Assembly: GCA_030295235.1 (NCBI GenBank)
Contig: AP026125.1
Location: 2,170,001-2,234,000 of the forward strand
DNA from: Fistulifera solaris
Taxonomy: Eukaryota
Length of the DNA: 64,000 nucleotides
Reading direction: 5' to 3'
Shown here: one piece after another, positions 48,988 to 61,872 of the stretch
Layout of the letters: each line of letters begins with the position of its first letter
Numbering within the stretch: position 1 is the first letter of the stretch
The notes under the pieces: generated by a model
Seen by the model: only the letters and a program-made list of their open reading frames with translations
The model's database searches: none
Told to the model about the DNA's origin: nothing
Position numbers and translations under genes: made by a program

Positions 48988-50339
48988 GCTTTCTTTACAA
49001 CAAATCAATTGGAAGTTAAAAAGCAAAAGATCCGAAAAGTGGTGATGGGTGAAAAGAAAAAATCCGTCATGTGGAAGCCTTTTTCTCCCTTGTTGCATGA
49101 TGTTCTGTCCTTCCGGAAACACGGCTATAGGAGAGGAAAGTAGGCTGGTTCCTTCGTCGTAGCCACGGCACAACATGCAAGATGGCAAACCGTGACAGAT
49201 TGCACTTAACTTCTGAGTTTCTGTTCGGCGGTCGTTCTTTTCTTGTTCTAGGTGATCATCACAGTACAGTAACATCGGAAACCAAAATCGTCAGTTTGTG
49301 TTCGTCCAGTTGTAGTTTCTGACACGGATTTCGGATTCGTACCGCGGGCAATCCAATACCGGTTTCTCTATGCAGCTATGTGCTATGTCAAGAACGAGTC
49401 ACGAGTCTTCATCACTAATGAATGCACAGCAGCAAGACAAACTGAGAAGTTAGCAAGGTTTACAAGCAACCAATGTTTCTTGCTGCTTTGAATATTTTTT
49501 AAAACATAGTCCATGTGAAATGACGGAGAACCAAGCAATCCCAACTCAGATTTGAATCTCTTGGTCACCAAATTTTTACTGAGGCAAATTATTATGAAAG
49601 GATACTTTCGACGCAAACAGTGGCGAGATTGAAGACGCACCAATAAGCTTAGATGTCCCGTAAAACGAGAGGTGAGAAGTGAGAAGCTGAGGGACTAATC
49701 CCATTGACAATCCTCTGGATCTTGATTCTTGATATTCATTTCTGCGGTCTTTGAGTTCACGCTTCGCGTTTCTCAGGCATCAGGCATAATCAAAAAGAAC
49801 ATGATGCATTCCCGTTGGGTTATCGACTACAACAGATTTATCCAAGTTTTATTATTGCCCTTGAATTTTGTTTTTGAATTCTTAAAAGCACTGATAAAAC
49901 CAAATATAGCCTGGATGAAAGAAAAAGATTTGCTGGACTGCACTTATAGCCATGCTTCGTTTCAAAATAAATCTCGAAATCCAGGTCATGGGCTTAACTA
50001 ATACCTATCTTGTCAAAGTCGAGCTCCTTTCTGCAAAAAAACCGTTATACTACATAATGTCGCATACAAAAGGCCTCCCAAGGGGAAGATTTGATTTTGC
50101 GGGAGCTCGCATTGCAACGGACTTCTTATTGACTCACTGGAAAGTTTGCAAGATGATGTTCTGATAGTGATGTACTATTAGTCGGAAGCGATCGGGAATG
50201 AACGACGTCGCAGTCATTCCGTCTTTTTACGGGCGATACAAAATTGCGGCGAAAGACGCCAAAAGAATGACAATCCTTCTTCATTATTTTTTTCGTTCGC
50301 CCAAAATTTTTCGTTGACAAAGCTTTGTGCGATCTAAAG

Positions 50340-52490
50340 ATGAAAGTGTTGTCTTTTCTTCTTCTCCTTCTTCCAGCGACTGTCTTTGCAGCAGAATGCG
50401 AGGAAGAGCTTTGTATTCCGACGGGAAAGGCGTGCCTGGGAACTCCTGATGAGTGTTGCGACGGCTTGGGATGTTTCGGTTACGCTTTCTTCAAGAAGTG
50501 TCAGCCTCCGCCCGCTTGTGTTGGGGAATGGATGGATTGTAGCTCCGGTATGACGTGCTGTGACGAGCTAATTTGCGCTCAACTCAATAACGGGCACTAC
50601 GAATGTCAGCATAAAACGCTCGATGTAAAGGAAGCCGATTTGGTGGAGATTAATGATGAGGTTCCTCCTACTGCTGCTCCTACATCGACTCCCGTCAAAC
50701 AAAAGAATCTTGTTACGACGCATAAAGGAGATCCTGTTACTACAAGTATCGGCTGCAGCTTGGGAGATCCGGTAAGTTGTGTCACTGCTCCTCGCGAAAC
50801 CTTTTTCCTGGTTGATATCATTCCCTCACAACGAGGCGTTCCTATCCCGTTTAGCACATATACAACTTTAATGGCTTAGCACACGATTGCCAAGCCTCGG
50901 GAGAGTTTGTTTTGACGAAATCGACGATTACACAGCGCCAGGTTCAGATTCACATGGATCATTTCGGAGATCGCTTCAGTCCCGGCTTTGCTTGGGCCGT
51001 CACGAAAGGAGTTGTAGTGCAGGACGAAGGAGACACACCTCTCGTACAACTCAGTGTACCCATGGTAGAGAGCACATTCGCTCCGAATATCTTCACCCAG
51101 CGTCAGTGCAAGATTCTCTTTTATGTGGATGGTGTGCAGCGAGATTTGAATGCGGGGAGTGGTAATCCTGCTGTTCAAGTCACCTACAAAGGCCCCAACA
51201 TTGAAGTGCTTTACACGAAAAGTAAGATGAAGGTCACTGTCAATATCGGGTGGGCTGAGGGCTGTTACATCAATGTCTGCGCTTATGTGCCGAGTAAGTA
51301 AAGGAAATGTTAGTTTTAACGAGTCTCTCGCGGATCGAGTCGTCTCTCACATTCCACCTTTCTCCACAACAGACACGGATACGATGGTCGGACTTTTAGG
51401 AAGCGCTGATGGGAACAACGCCAACGATTGGACCACCCCGACGGGTACAATCTTGCCCATCCCGGATTCACTTCAAGCGCGCATGGGAAAAGCTGGCTAC
51501 GATTACTGCACCAAGAACTGGTGCATTCGAAATGAAGAAGACTCCTTGTTTGTACACGCCGAGAATGGTGTTGAATTCAGTGACTTGATGAAGTGCAACC
51601 TTCCGTTCGGTGATACTATGGAAGAATATCTCGAGAAAGTAGACGCATCGATTCTCGAATTTTGCGGACGCAACTTGCAGTGCATTACGGATGCACAGCT
51701 TTCTGGACTCGAGTCGGCCAAAGCGACTCTCACCAGTCAGGCAGCTTTGGCCGCCACGTGCAACACTGCGGGAGGTGAATGTTCGACTTCAAAGTGCTGC
51801 GATGGACTAATGTGCGTGGAAAAGAACGGATTCTTAAAAGAATGTCAACCGGCGCTCCCTACCTGTAAGCTCGAGTTTGGCGATTGCTCCAAGACTCCCT
51901 GCTGTGGCAATCTCGTCTGTCAAGAGAATAAAGCTGGTGAAATGCAATGCCGAGATATTCCGCCGTGCAAGACCGAGGCTGGAGACTGCAGTCAAACCGG
52001 TTGCTGCACGGGCTTGACGTGTGTGACGAAAGCGGACGGAGCCAAACACTGCATGAAACTACCGCAATGCATGAGTCGATGGAACGATTGCAGTCTCGGC
52101 GTTGCTTGTTGCGCCGGGCTCAAATGCAACAAGGATAAGCAATGCATTGATAATCCAGTGTGCCACGATCGCGAATGGCGTGATTGTTCGGAAACCCCTT
52201 GCTGCGACCCACTCACTTGTGTCGCTGAACCTGATGGTCGTAAAGTTTGCAAACAATTGCCTTCTTGCATGAAGGTGTGGCAGCCATGTGATTACAAGGG
52301 CTGTTGCCAGGATGGTGACAAGCCGTTGGAATGCGTCAAATTTACCGACCATACCGGACGAGCCGCTTCGCAGTGTCAACCAGCCTGTGCCGCCAACTGG
52401 GGCGAATGTGGCCCCACGCGTGCTTGCTGCAACGCTCCCAAGCACACCTGTAAAAAGCACCGTGATGGACGTATGCTTTGCATGCCGTGA
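50340..52490 (+). CDS. Secreted GDPH/von Willebrand D-domain protein with nine six-cysteine (C-C-CC-C-C) modules, 3 exons
   Basis: Exons 50340-50771, 50855-51293 and 51373-52490 splice in frame to give GDPHIYNFNGLAHDCQASGEFVL...MVGLLGSADGNNANDW; signal peptide; 2 N-terminal and 7 C-terminal Cys modules. Confidence 0.85.
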
Positions 52491-52801
52491 GTCGGTTAGT
52501 TGCATTCAGCCCCCGCTACATACGTTTGCGGCCCGATAGTTTCATATGTATACGTATTCCATAGAATCATAGTTGATCACTGACTGCATTGCTGTAGACT
52601 AGCTTTTTTATCAGAAAGATTTCTACATGAAACAAGAATCACCATTGGCGACTTCTAATTCAGCGAATATTCGTAAAGATACAGCCACAATTTCTTTATG
52701 AGAGTTAGTGTCAGTTTACACCACTCGTTTGGTGCGCACGTGCGCGTCCTCTGGAGTAGGAGTAAAGTCATAAAACTTACGACGGGCTACGGCCAAAGGC
52801 T

Positions 52802-53865
52802 TTACGGCTGCAGCCCTTCCTTCATTTCGCCACCTTGTCTTTGCAAACTAACCGGCAACAATGATTGATCTGGATTGTAGGCACTTGCCGGTGCTAGCAT
52901 ACTCCGACTTTGAGTAGCCGGACGTGCTTCATACGCAACATGAAATTCTGAGATGCAACCAAGAGGAACCTTAGCGGCCAGTATTCTTCCAGGTTCGTCC
53001 GGTACAGATACGTGCAACGTTGTTCCGGCCGTAGCGCCTGGTGGAATCTGAACCAACAGCAGCTTCTGACCCGAAGGCGTGGATTTGTTGTTCACTAATG
53101 TTGACGGGGCTTGCTGGGGCGGAGACGCGCGCTGAGGCACGTGATGCGGAATATACGGTGATTGAGATTCTTCCTTCTGCGTTATCGTTGGTGTGTATGC
53201 GACGTGAAACGACGTCACACCTGCCGGTATCTTTGCGGCAACCGTTCGGAATTCTCCAGGTATTTCGACATGGATAGTAGAGCCAGGCCGTACACCTTCC
53301 GGAACGTGAACAAGAAGAAGCTTTTGTGTACAGCCCAATGGTTTCTCCTCACCGAAAAATTGTTCTTCCGTACTTCCAGTTGCCTTTTCATCTTCTTCTA
53401 GAGACCCTTCATCCGATGGCAGATCATTGAGTTGCTCGGCTTCCGTCTCCTCGTTCGAAATAGTATTATTGTTTCCTTGCAATTCTGGCTGGACTCGCTC
53501 TGGGCGGACCCCGTCAGCAATCGGAAGGGAAGTCGACGTGTTGGAGGGAAAACGAACTAAAAATGTATCGCCTTCACTCAACCCCATAGGGACAATGGCA
53601 GTGACAGTTTCGTTACCATCAGGAGATCGCACGGTCAATGTGTCATTTTCGTTGACGCCGGGCGGTATCGTAACTATAGAAGAGAATAAAATCACCGCAT
53701 TAGTCGCCAATTGCACACATGCACAGAAAATCCTCTAAACTTACCCGAAACTATGAGTTCCGAAGAGGGAACAGTTGCTACAACAGATTGTTTGTCAAAT
53801 TCATCGACTTGAATGGTCTCAAAGTCCGATAGGATCGGTTCAAGAGGATCGCAGCACCAAACCAT
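52802..53865 (-). CDS. Hypothetical protein with three copies of a V(P)PG..PG..V..P beta-rich module
   Basis: VTIPPGVNENDTLTVRSPDG, LLVHVPEGVRPGSTIHVEIPG, LLVQIPPGATAGTTLHVSVPD; probable first exon MVWCCD...ELIVS ending at a GT donor ~53744. Confidence 0.65.
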
Positions 53866-54618
53866 TGTCTTTCTCGTGCCTCTTTGAAATGATTGATAAG
53901 AGAGATGTAATGCGGGCTTTTTCAAAAGTGTTCTGATGTCAAGGTGCCGATCAATGCTTCGCACCGTCTTCAATGCGTTGCATTTCGAACCTTGCTGCGT
54001 TGAGAATTCAAAGTGAGGCTCATTGAGGGAGAAGAATAAATTTAGCGATGAATGCTTCCTAAGTATGTAACATTGGTTCCTAAGTATCTTCGGCGGACGA
54101 GACGTTGGAGTCGCGAGTTCTTGATCTGTATTAACGATTTAGAATCCAACGTGACATTCAAATTCGCATGTATGATGTAAAGTGTACTATGTTTTTTCGC
54201 GGACGACATCAAAACATCAGAATCCATCATCGTGACTCAAACGAACGTGACTGACAGGTGTGTACGTCAGTCCTGGCTCCTGCCCAAAATCTATCGTCCT
54301 CATGCCTTTTTTTTGTGGCTTTGTCATTGTCATCACGCCTTCAAATCAATCTATCATCAACCATCATTCATCACAACCATCTAATTTATAGTGTGAGGAA
54401 CAAGCAAATAACGGCGTAGTCTGATGTAATGCAAACCGAAGTTGACACACGAGCGTCGACGAACGGATGTTAACAAGCAATGATAAGGCCGAGCAAAATC
54501 CCTTTATACGCATTGCCTACAAAGATAACCAAATCGTTCGTAAAAAGGTCTCAAGAGTTATACCACAGTTCTAGCTTCTTCAATGTATTATTCTTGTGAT
54601 TTGAATGCGAGAATCAAC

Positions 54619-54945
54619 TTAGAGCTTGCTAACAAAGTCAATGACCTCCTGTACGGTGGAGATGTTGGCGGCCTCCTCTTCAGGAATTTCGCAGTCGAAT
54701 TCCTCTTCAATAGCCATAATCAATTCAACAGTGTCGAGAGAGTCAGCACCCAAGTCATCGATGAAGGTGGCAGAAGGAACAACCTTGTCAGCATCAACAC
54801 CAAGTTGAGAGACGATGATCTCCTTCACTCGGTCTTCGGCGGCACCGAAAAGGGCCATGCCGGGACGGGCAACGAAGGCAGGTCGGGCAGGGGTGAAAGC
54901 GGAAGCACCGGCGATCAAAAGAGTAGCAACAGTCTTGAACATCAT
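54619..54945 (-). CDS. acpP: Plastid acyl carrier protein
   Basis: Presequence [19 protein letters not shown] (ASAF motif); [20 protein letters not shown] phosphopantetheine site. Confidence 0.95.
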   Translation of the reverse strand: MMFKTVATLLIAGASAFTPARPAFVARPGMALFGAAEDRVKEIIVSQLGVDADKVVPSATFIDDLGADSLDTVELIMAIEEEFDCEIPEEEAANISTVQEVIDFVSKL

Positions 54946-56209
54946 CTTGAAAGTATTTGAGTGCTGCAAAAAGGAGGTCTGAATTTTGTGCAAACGAATG
55001 ATGATGAACGGAGATGATGGTGTGGTCATTTTTGTCGACGTACGCATGCGAGCGAGCGGCTTGGCAACGGGCCACGGTGTACGATCTCCTACGTCAAAGG
55101 TATAACGTAGGTTTTGTACCAGGTCGCAGTATGAACTCTTTCTCCCAGAGTACGGATACAGTCTCTGAACGATGACGTAGACACCCGTTTGTACGTCGCT
55201 CGTTGTTCGTGACCTCGCGCGCTTCCAGTCACAAGAAGAGTGTTACAAGACAGACGACTCCTCCCCCACTAGCCCACTAGGCTAGATAGCCTAGCCGATT
55301 TTTTTACGACAGCTCCCGAGAGACAAAACAAGATGAAATGGACAAAACGAGAAGGGGCAACTAGACAATCTGGATTTTAGAAATCGAAAATCGAAGGCTG
55401 ACGACTGACGACGCTTGAACATTGAACAATGCACAGGTACGGAATCAAGGTCTTGAAGGTGATAGCCATTGCATTTAATGGAGGTCAAATGTTAGTCAAA
55501 GTTTTTCTCAAACACTTTGGACGGAAATTTTTCTCTGTATCGGTCGATCGAGAAAGGGTTCTTTCCACTTTCCAGTGAGTTCAAATCATATCGCTGATGC
55601 CGAATGGGGCAAATTGTTGGGGCTATACGAACGCCGAACAAAGAACCCTAACCCACAACCTGCAATGAGAATTATGAAGTATGCACCCTAACATCTAAGA
55701 AATCTGATAGAGATCAAGAATCAAGGACGTCATGCGGAGATTGGAACTTTTGGCTGACAGTGCCTACGAAATCATGCAATTCGTTGCTTTTAAAAAAAAC
55801 ATGCTAGAGTGCAAAAATGCTAGGTAGAGTTTGCATCGATCAAACCTGAGCAATTAGGGTCTACCAGGAGCCCGGAGTGCACCGTTTTAGAAGAGCTGAG
55901 AATCTCATCGCAATGTTTGCTCCTAAAGGTCGTGTCGGTGTCGGAGGTCGGAGGCGAGAGGCGCGCTCTGTGCGTAACTTGAACTCTGTACTTTAGAAAT
56001 TAGACAAAGTGCCACGATGATAATCAGAAGCAATGATCCTTTTACAATGTTCGTTATTCGTTACACCCATCACTCATCACTTGCAACTTTTATAGGCATA
56101 AATGATAAATCCTAAAGTTAAGACTGTACAGAAAATTCTCCAGTTACTTTTGTAGTTTGTAGCATTTTCTGCCCGAGAAACTTCAATGTTCGCTACGTAG
56201 CTCGCTGCT

Positions 56210-56629
56210 TATAGTTCGACAAATACACGTATTGAGATTTTTGAATACGTAATACCGTCTTAATACCGTATTGAGACGGTATTTACAGTTTTGAGACTGA
56301 ACTGCTGGGCGCGTAAGCGCCCATCAGATTTCAAATCCCGAGGCGCCGAAGCGCCGAGGGCGCCGCCTTGGTCTCCCCTGAGCTCTGAAGGGGCCCGCCG
56401 CAGGCAATCACATAAATAACGTTGATTTGATTGAATTTTATGGTAAAAATGGTTCAAACTAACATCACATAGTCAGGGAATGTTAGCCACCAGCCAGTCC
56501 CGACATCCTAAGTCCCGTACTGACCAACTACAAATACATGTATTGCGAATTCCGAATACGTCAATACACGTATTAATACCATAGATACGGTGTATTGTAT
56601 TTACGTCTTGAGACGCTTGTCGAACTATA
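56210..56629. mobile_element. Non-autonomous DNA transposon (MITE), hAT-like by TSD length
   Basis: Perfect 13-bp TIRs TATAGTTCGACAA (56210-56222) and TTGTCGAACTATA (56617-56629); 8-bp direct repeat TCGCTGCT on both flanks; subterminal AATAC..GTATT repeats. Confidence 0.8.
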
Positions 56630-56949
56630 TCGCTGCTCGCTGCTCGCTGGTCTAAGTAGGAAAAAGGAAAAGTGGCTTTGAGCTTTTGAACTTTGAGTTT
56701 CGATCTTGGGTCATAGGTCATACTGTAGTCATGAGCGTCGCTCGTGGCTCGTGGCGCGTGGCGTTGTGTACATACAGTAGTTTACTTCGTACTTAAACAT
56801 GCATTGTTAGGAGCTCCGTGATTTCTTTGAGAACAAACCTCCCCGAATAAGATGATGCTTCTTCCTTTCTTTTTCCTCTCCCTATCTTCATGAGAAGAAA
56901 AATCGCAGCATCATAAATCGGCAACTTTTGTTGCAACTTTGTTCCAATC

Positions 56950-57222
56950 ATGGGCGGTTTGGCAGAAAATAACACCCTTACGACTAACGACAATCGTAGT
57001 CTGGACAGAGCACTTCTGACAGCTGCCATGGCAACAAACTCTTCGACAGCGACTCGTCGTTTCTTGCCAGAATCTGGACGAGCGCTCACGAGCATCGAGC
57101 GACGTGAGAGGCTTATTGCCATTCTAGATGAAGCGCTTGCTGTCATAAACGTCCCGACTGCTCCGACGTCGAGAATGTTTCACGCACCGACTACGCATGC
57201 CTCCCCACTTCCTCGTGACTGA
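56950..57222 (+). CDS. Small hypothetical protein
   Basis: 90-aa ORF with a caatcATGG start context and an amphipathic helix RRERLIAILDEALAVIN. Confidence 0.35.
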   Translation: MGGLAENNTLTTNDNRSLDRALLTAAMATNSSTATRRFLPESGRALTSIERRERLIAILDEALAVINVPTAPTSRMFHAPTTHASPLPRD

Positions 57223-57882
57223 ACGTGTACAACTGATCTTGAATGATTGTTCTTCGAGTTGACCCACAAGTTTGATTCTCCACCTTTTGAAAGTGACTGG
57301 TTTGTATATTGTCCCTCTTCGGATGTACGGTGAATCTAGTATTTATAGCTGTATTATTTAGGAGATAATAACTATCTATTACGTAATGAAGTATTCCATT
57401 TATTCGATATCCACTCGTTCGAATTTTTGATTTAAAACGCGGCTTTAGAAGCATGGCGACTCGGCAAGACGCTCGATCGAAAAAGCCAAGCAATAGAACA
57501 CCACCGTCATGTTGCTTCATTTCTTGAATGCTGATGGGGGTACGGTATATGTTATCTTCGTGCGACTTCGAAGCTGATTTCGTGTGTTTCAAACAACTTC
57601 TTCATTCTTTTTCACACGCCATTTTCTCGCCAAATAAGCGAAGAACTGCGAAAGTTTATGACGTCAGTCATATTTCGAAATAGCCTTTACCTGTGCGACA
57701 TGATATCCATGGGAAACACTCGCGACTCACCATTCATGGCTCATCCTTACCGGTATTTGCAACTGGAGACGAAACTCTTTTGTCATCGACACGAATGCTT
57801 CGACTGACTTCATTATCTGGTTTGAAACGCCTTGAATAAATCGAATCTTTGATTAGTGAAAAGCATTCGATACGCCTTTTCC

Positions 57883-58812
57883 ATGTTCGATCAGTGGAGA
57901 TTCAAATTGAAAGAAGCCGCACTAAAGGCTGCCGAACAACTAAATTTCGATGAAATGGCTCGCAATGACGAATATATACATCAAGAAGGATTAAAAGTCG
58001 TGCGAAAGGATGAGAAGAATAATGCAGCACGGGTGTTATCCCAAGAGATCGACCAGCCCTCGTCATTACCGAATTTTGAAGGACGCACTCAAGAGAGTCT
58101 GCTGAAGTTGACGAAAGTTTTACCCTCGTCGGCGCATACTATTGCTTCTTCAACACGTTCGGTAACTTCGATGCGACAACACAGTTCTCTGGGATCATCA
58201 GTATACTCAGATTCAGATGAAGAAGCCCCGAAACGCGTTGGAAACGACAATACTAGTGAAGATGAGAGTGAAAACGTTGTGCGAAAAAACAAATTACGAT
58301 TCTTAGAAGATTTAGATCATCGCTTATCAAAACCGAATCAAGAACTGGAATTAATGCCACAATACACAAAAACGAATACGGCTACAGCGTCATCGGTATC
58401 GGAGTCTGTATCAACGGGATCAGCACTATGGTCATCACCCCAAAGAAACAGCAACAAGAAACAGCCGCTCTGGGCAAAGACAGCTCGTTCACAGCCGCAA
58501 AATAAGCCAGACGAGGGCATGGAGCCATTGATTGTTACAACTACGACCTCCAGTGCTGTTTTGGATGACAGTGAAATGCAAGCATTGGCGGCATTGCAAC
58601 AACAATCCTCTGCATCTTCTTCAGCGTCACTCGTCTTTCTTTTCATGCCTTCTGTTGTAATGTCCTGGTGCTCGGGGATCGTACCTTCGTTACGACAATA
58701 TCCGAAGGTCACTTGCCTGGTGTTTCTCATTTTTCTGTTTTATTTGCTCCGTGTTTACAGTCGATTAGCAGTTCCTGTAGAAGGCGGAGCATCTTCTTTA
58801 CTAAGTCCATGA
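57883..58812 (+). CDS. Hypothetical Ser-rich protein with C-terminal transmembrane segment(s)
   Basis: Long uninterrupted ORF; VTCLVFLIFLFYLL near the end. Confidence 0.6.
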   Translation: MFDQWRFKLKEAALKAAEQLNFDEMARNDEYIHQEGLKVVRKDEKNNAARVLSQEIDQPSSLPNFEGRTQESLLKLTKVLPSSAHTIASSTRSVTSMRQHSSLGSSVYSDSDEEAPKRVGNDNTSEDESENVVRKNKLRFLEDLDHRLSKPNQELELMPQYTKTNTATASSVSESVSTGSALWSSPQRNSNKKQPLWAKTARSQPQNKPDEGMEPLIVTTTTSSAVLDDSEMQALAALQQQSSASSSASLVFLFMPSVVMSWCSGIVPSLRQYPKVTCLVFLIFLFYLLRVYSRLAVPVEGGASSLLSP

Positions 58813-58875
58813 CGTACGATAACTACTAGACGATTCTTGCAAAACCGACACAATTTACTACAGCGTCTACTTATT

Positions 58876-60410
58876 TTACGAAGATTCGGTAGTCCAATCG
58901 AGAAACAACCGCGACAAACCGACGTACAGGAGCACATGGCGCGCAACATACAATGCAAGTGTCGTCCCGGAAAGACTATTTGTCCAAACGTCGATCCAGT
59001 CCATCGCGCCAATCGACAAATAGGTTGTCGAAGCAAAAATTCCCGCCAAATATTGTGGTAGAACTGCCGATTGCGAGACACGGATCGTCCATGCTGTCCG
59101 CCATTGCGTCGACTGCGGTTGCCATCCATGTCTAGTTAATTGCCGTTGCAAATCGCTCATGTGTTGACACCCATACAATAGAGCAAATGTGTGAACTGGT
59201 TGGTTTTCACTCTTTTTCTTCCACCTCGACATGTGTTGATCAAGTGTATTCTGCAACACATTTATTGCTTTCTGATTGCGAAGTACGATCCAATCGTCTG
59301 AAGGAGCAGTGCTGCTGGTATTTGTTGGCTGTTGTTGTTGCTGTACAAGTTCTTGTCCCATGAGTAGCCATTTCACTTGGAAACCACTGTCCTGACAACA
59401 AAATTTGTACAATGGGCAAGGACGTCCAGCCCAGGCGTGTTGACGATGACGATTGAGAAAACAAAGTACTTGTATCAAAAACAAGAATGCTCAATTCAGG
59501 TGAGGGCACTGTGCACCACAGCAGTGTCCTCAAAAGACCCGCAAACGAACCACCCGGCCAAAATAAATGTGTAAACAAGCGCCGTTCCTGCGACGAAAGG
59601 GATGATAATGGAGGCCCTCCCTGTACAAGAGCCGCTTGTGCGACATTGGACCAAGTCTGTGATGTTGTGCGTTTCCATAGAGGTTGTTGTTTGAAATTGA
59701 ATTGAAGAGAGTTTGCGTTCGCAGCTCTCGACGATAGAAAAAGCTTGTAGTTCTTGTCGCGTCCAGTCTGCGTGATACCAATGCGATTGCTGATACTGCA
59801 AAGCGTCTACTTGACAGCACATTTGATACCGATTGCTTGTGATGCTTGTATTAGTCATGCCTTCCTGTTCCTTGTTCAGCTGTTGATTATATTGATGCAC
59901 ATAGGCACGATCGTATGGCGTCGCTTGTACGGGTTGTAGAAGCTGCCCTTGCGCATTAAACTGCTCCCTGATCTGTCAGCAACTCAAATAATAAGGTGGT
60001 AGACGTACTGCAGAGTTTATTGTAATAATGGTAGTAATCGAAGGCTCCGTAATGCACCATCGCGTGCAGTTCACAAATAGAGTTCTCATATTGTGGATGT
60101 TGCCATCGCGTGACGGCAGTCTGTAATTCCCAGGTGTGTGAATTCACAGGAAACCATCGCACGTGCGGTGTATTGTAGGTTGAGGTAGAAATGAACGGAA
60201 TTGAAGAAATATCGAATGTTGTGCCTTTGGATGGATCAAATAATAGTTGAGAGGGAAGTTGCCTTTCGCATAGCGATTCCTTTTGCAAAGAACGCATCAG
60301 CGAAATAAGCTAATAACAATAAAAATGAGAGAAAGCGACTGCAGAAGACGATGAAGGAGAGCTTCATAGTAACTTTGCCTTGCAAGAATAAGGCAAAAGA
60401 TTGCATTCAT
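58876..60410 (-). CDS. Conserved hypothetical protein (TraB/GumN-like motifs), split by several frameshifts
   Basis: Fragments WELQTAVTRW..ELHAMVHYG..YY, LLFELL, CQVDALQY...WYHADWT, LRNQKAINVL, ALLYGCQHMSDL read as one protein; start and family are uncertain. Confidence 0.5.
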
Positions 60411-61023
60411 TCTTTTCGTTTGAAATGGTTTCGCTTGTTGCTTCTTTGTGCACAGCATGCAATCAGCAATGCGATGATAGTGAGGAGTGAGGAGTGAGGA
60501 CAAAGAATTCCATTACGGTTTGAGCTACTAGTATTTGTGATGTGCAACCAAACCACGTCACACGCGTTTGATGACGTATGACGTATGACCACTTCATTCA
60601 TCATATTACAGACAGTATTTAATACCGCTTAGACAGCCACTTGGGACTGACGTAACGTACTACGTACTGTAGTAATGACTTCTCTAGAACTATGACTTAC
60701 TCAGAGTGTACAATGGAATAAAGAGTACGGAGCGCGGAGTATTTTTCAGATCGTCCGTTTAGGGTCAAGTAACTAAGGAACAAACTAAGAACGTTAGTCT
60801 CTCCAGTCTCCAGTCTTCAGTCTAGAGAGAAGCAGAAAATCCTAAAATAATCAAGTTCTTCTTAGTTCTTGTATAATTCTTTGAAGCTAGGCTTACGAAA
60901 ATAGGTGCTAAATTTTAAAGTGAATAACTTAACTTACATTCAAAAGAGAGTGTTTACTCAAATAGTTTATTTTTGATTTTCTTCTCAGATTTAACAAGTC
61001 ACTAAATTGAACAGATCCTTTCC

Positions 61024-61872
61024 TTAGGCCGCACTTGCACGATGATTGTTTGCATTACGCTGGTTTTGCTGCTGTTGTCTTAACTGCATCAACTGCTGCA
61101 TTTGTATTAGGCGAGCCTGCTGATTTGCCATTTTCTCTTGTTGTTGTTGGCGTTGTTGCTGTGATAAACTGATGGCGTGCTGCAACAAAATGCGGTTTGC
61201 TTCTTCCTGCTGCTGCAAGTGCAATTCTAGCAAACGTAAATTGGTTGGCGCGTAATTGGAGAACTGTTGCGTCGGGGCGCTCCCCTTGTTGTTGTTGCTT
61301 CCATTGTATACCGAAGGTTCCTTAGTCAATGCTGCAAGCAACGCAGGTGTCACTGGAATCGAAGCCGCAGCACTGCTTGATGCGACCGTTGCCTGGGTCG
61401 GAGCTTCGGTCGAAGAAGCCATTGCAAGCATAGTGCGAGCATTCTTGCAGAACATCTGCGTCGTCAAGTGGGGTTTGTCTCGTAAGAAAAACTCGTGGTA
61501 ATAAGCACCCAATTCCGGGCCTGAGCTCACCCGCGTAAAGTTCCTTTTGTTCATACAAGAAAGAATGCATTGTAAGTATGAAAACATACAAAATGTCACG
61601 GCAATGAATACAGGCGCTTACCATCGATTCAGCTTGCGCGTGAAACTCGAATATTTGGCTTTACGAGGGAAGAATCTCGGCATGATTGTGGAAGCAAATA
61701 AATCACGTTTACGAACAATGAATGCCTTTCCGTGCGGTAGCCATGCGATTGCCTCATGATTCCTTTCGTCGTCAAGAATCTCCATTAAACGTTGTGGGAA
61801 AATCTTCGAGTCATCTTCTTCGTGATCCGAGGCTGTGGGATCCTCTCTTTGGTTGTTGTTGCTGTTAGCCAT
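61024..61872 (-). CDS. HSF: Heat shock factor-type transcription factor, 2 exons
   Basis: FPQRLMEIL..IAWLPHGKAFIV..FFPRKAKYSSFTRKLNRW|NFTRV..YYHEFFLRDKP; intron ~61621-61543; Gln-rich tail. Confidence 0.92.
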
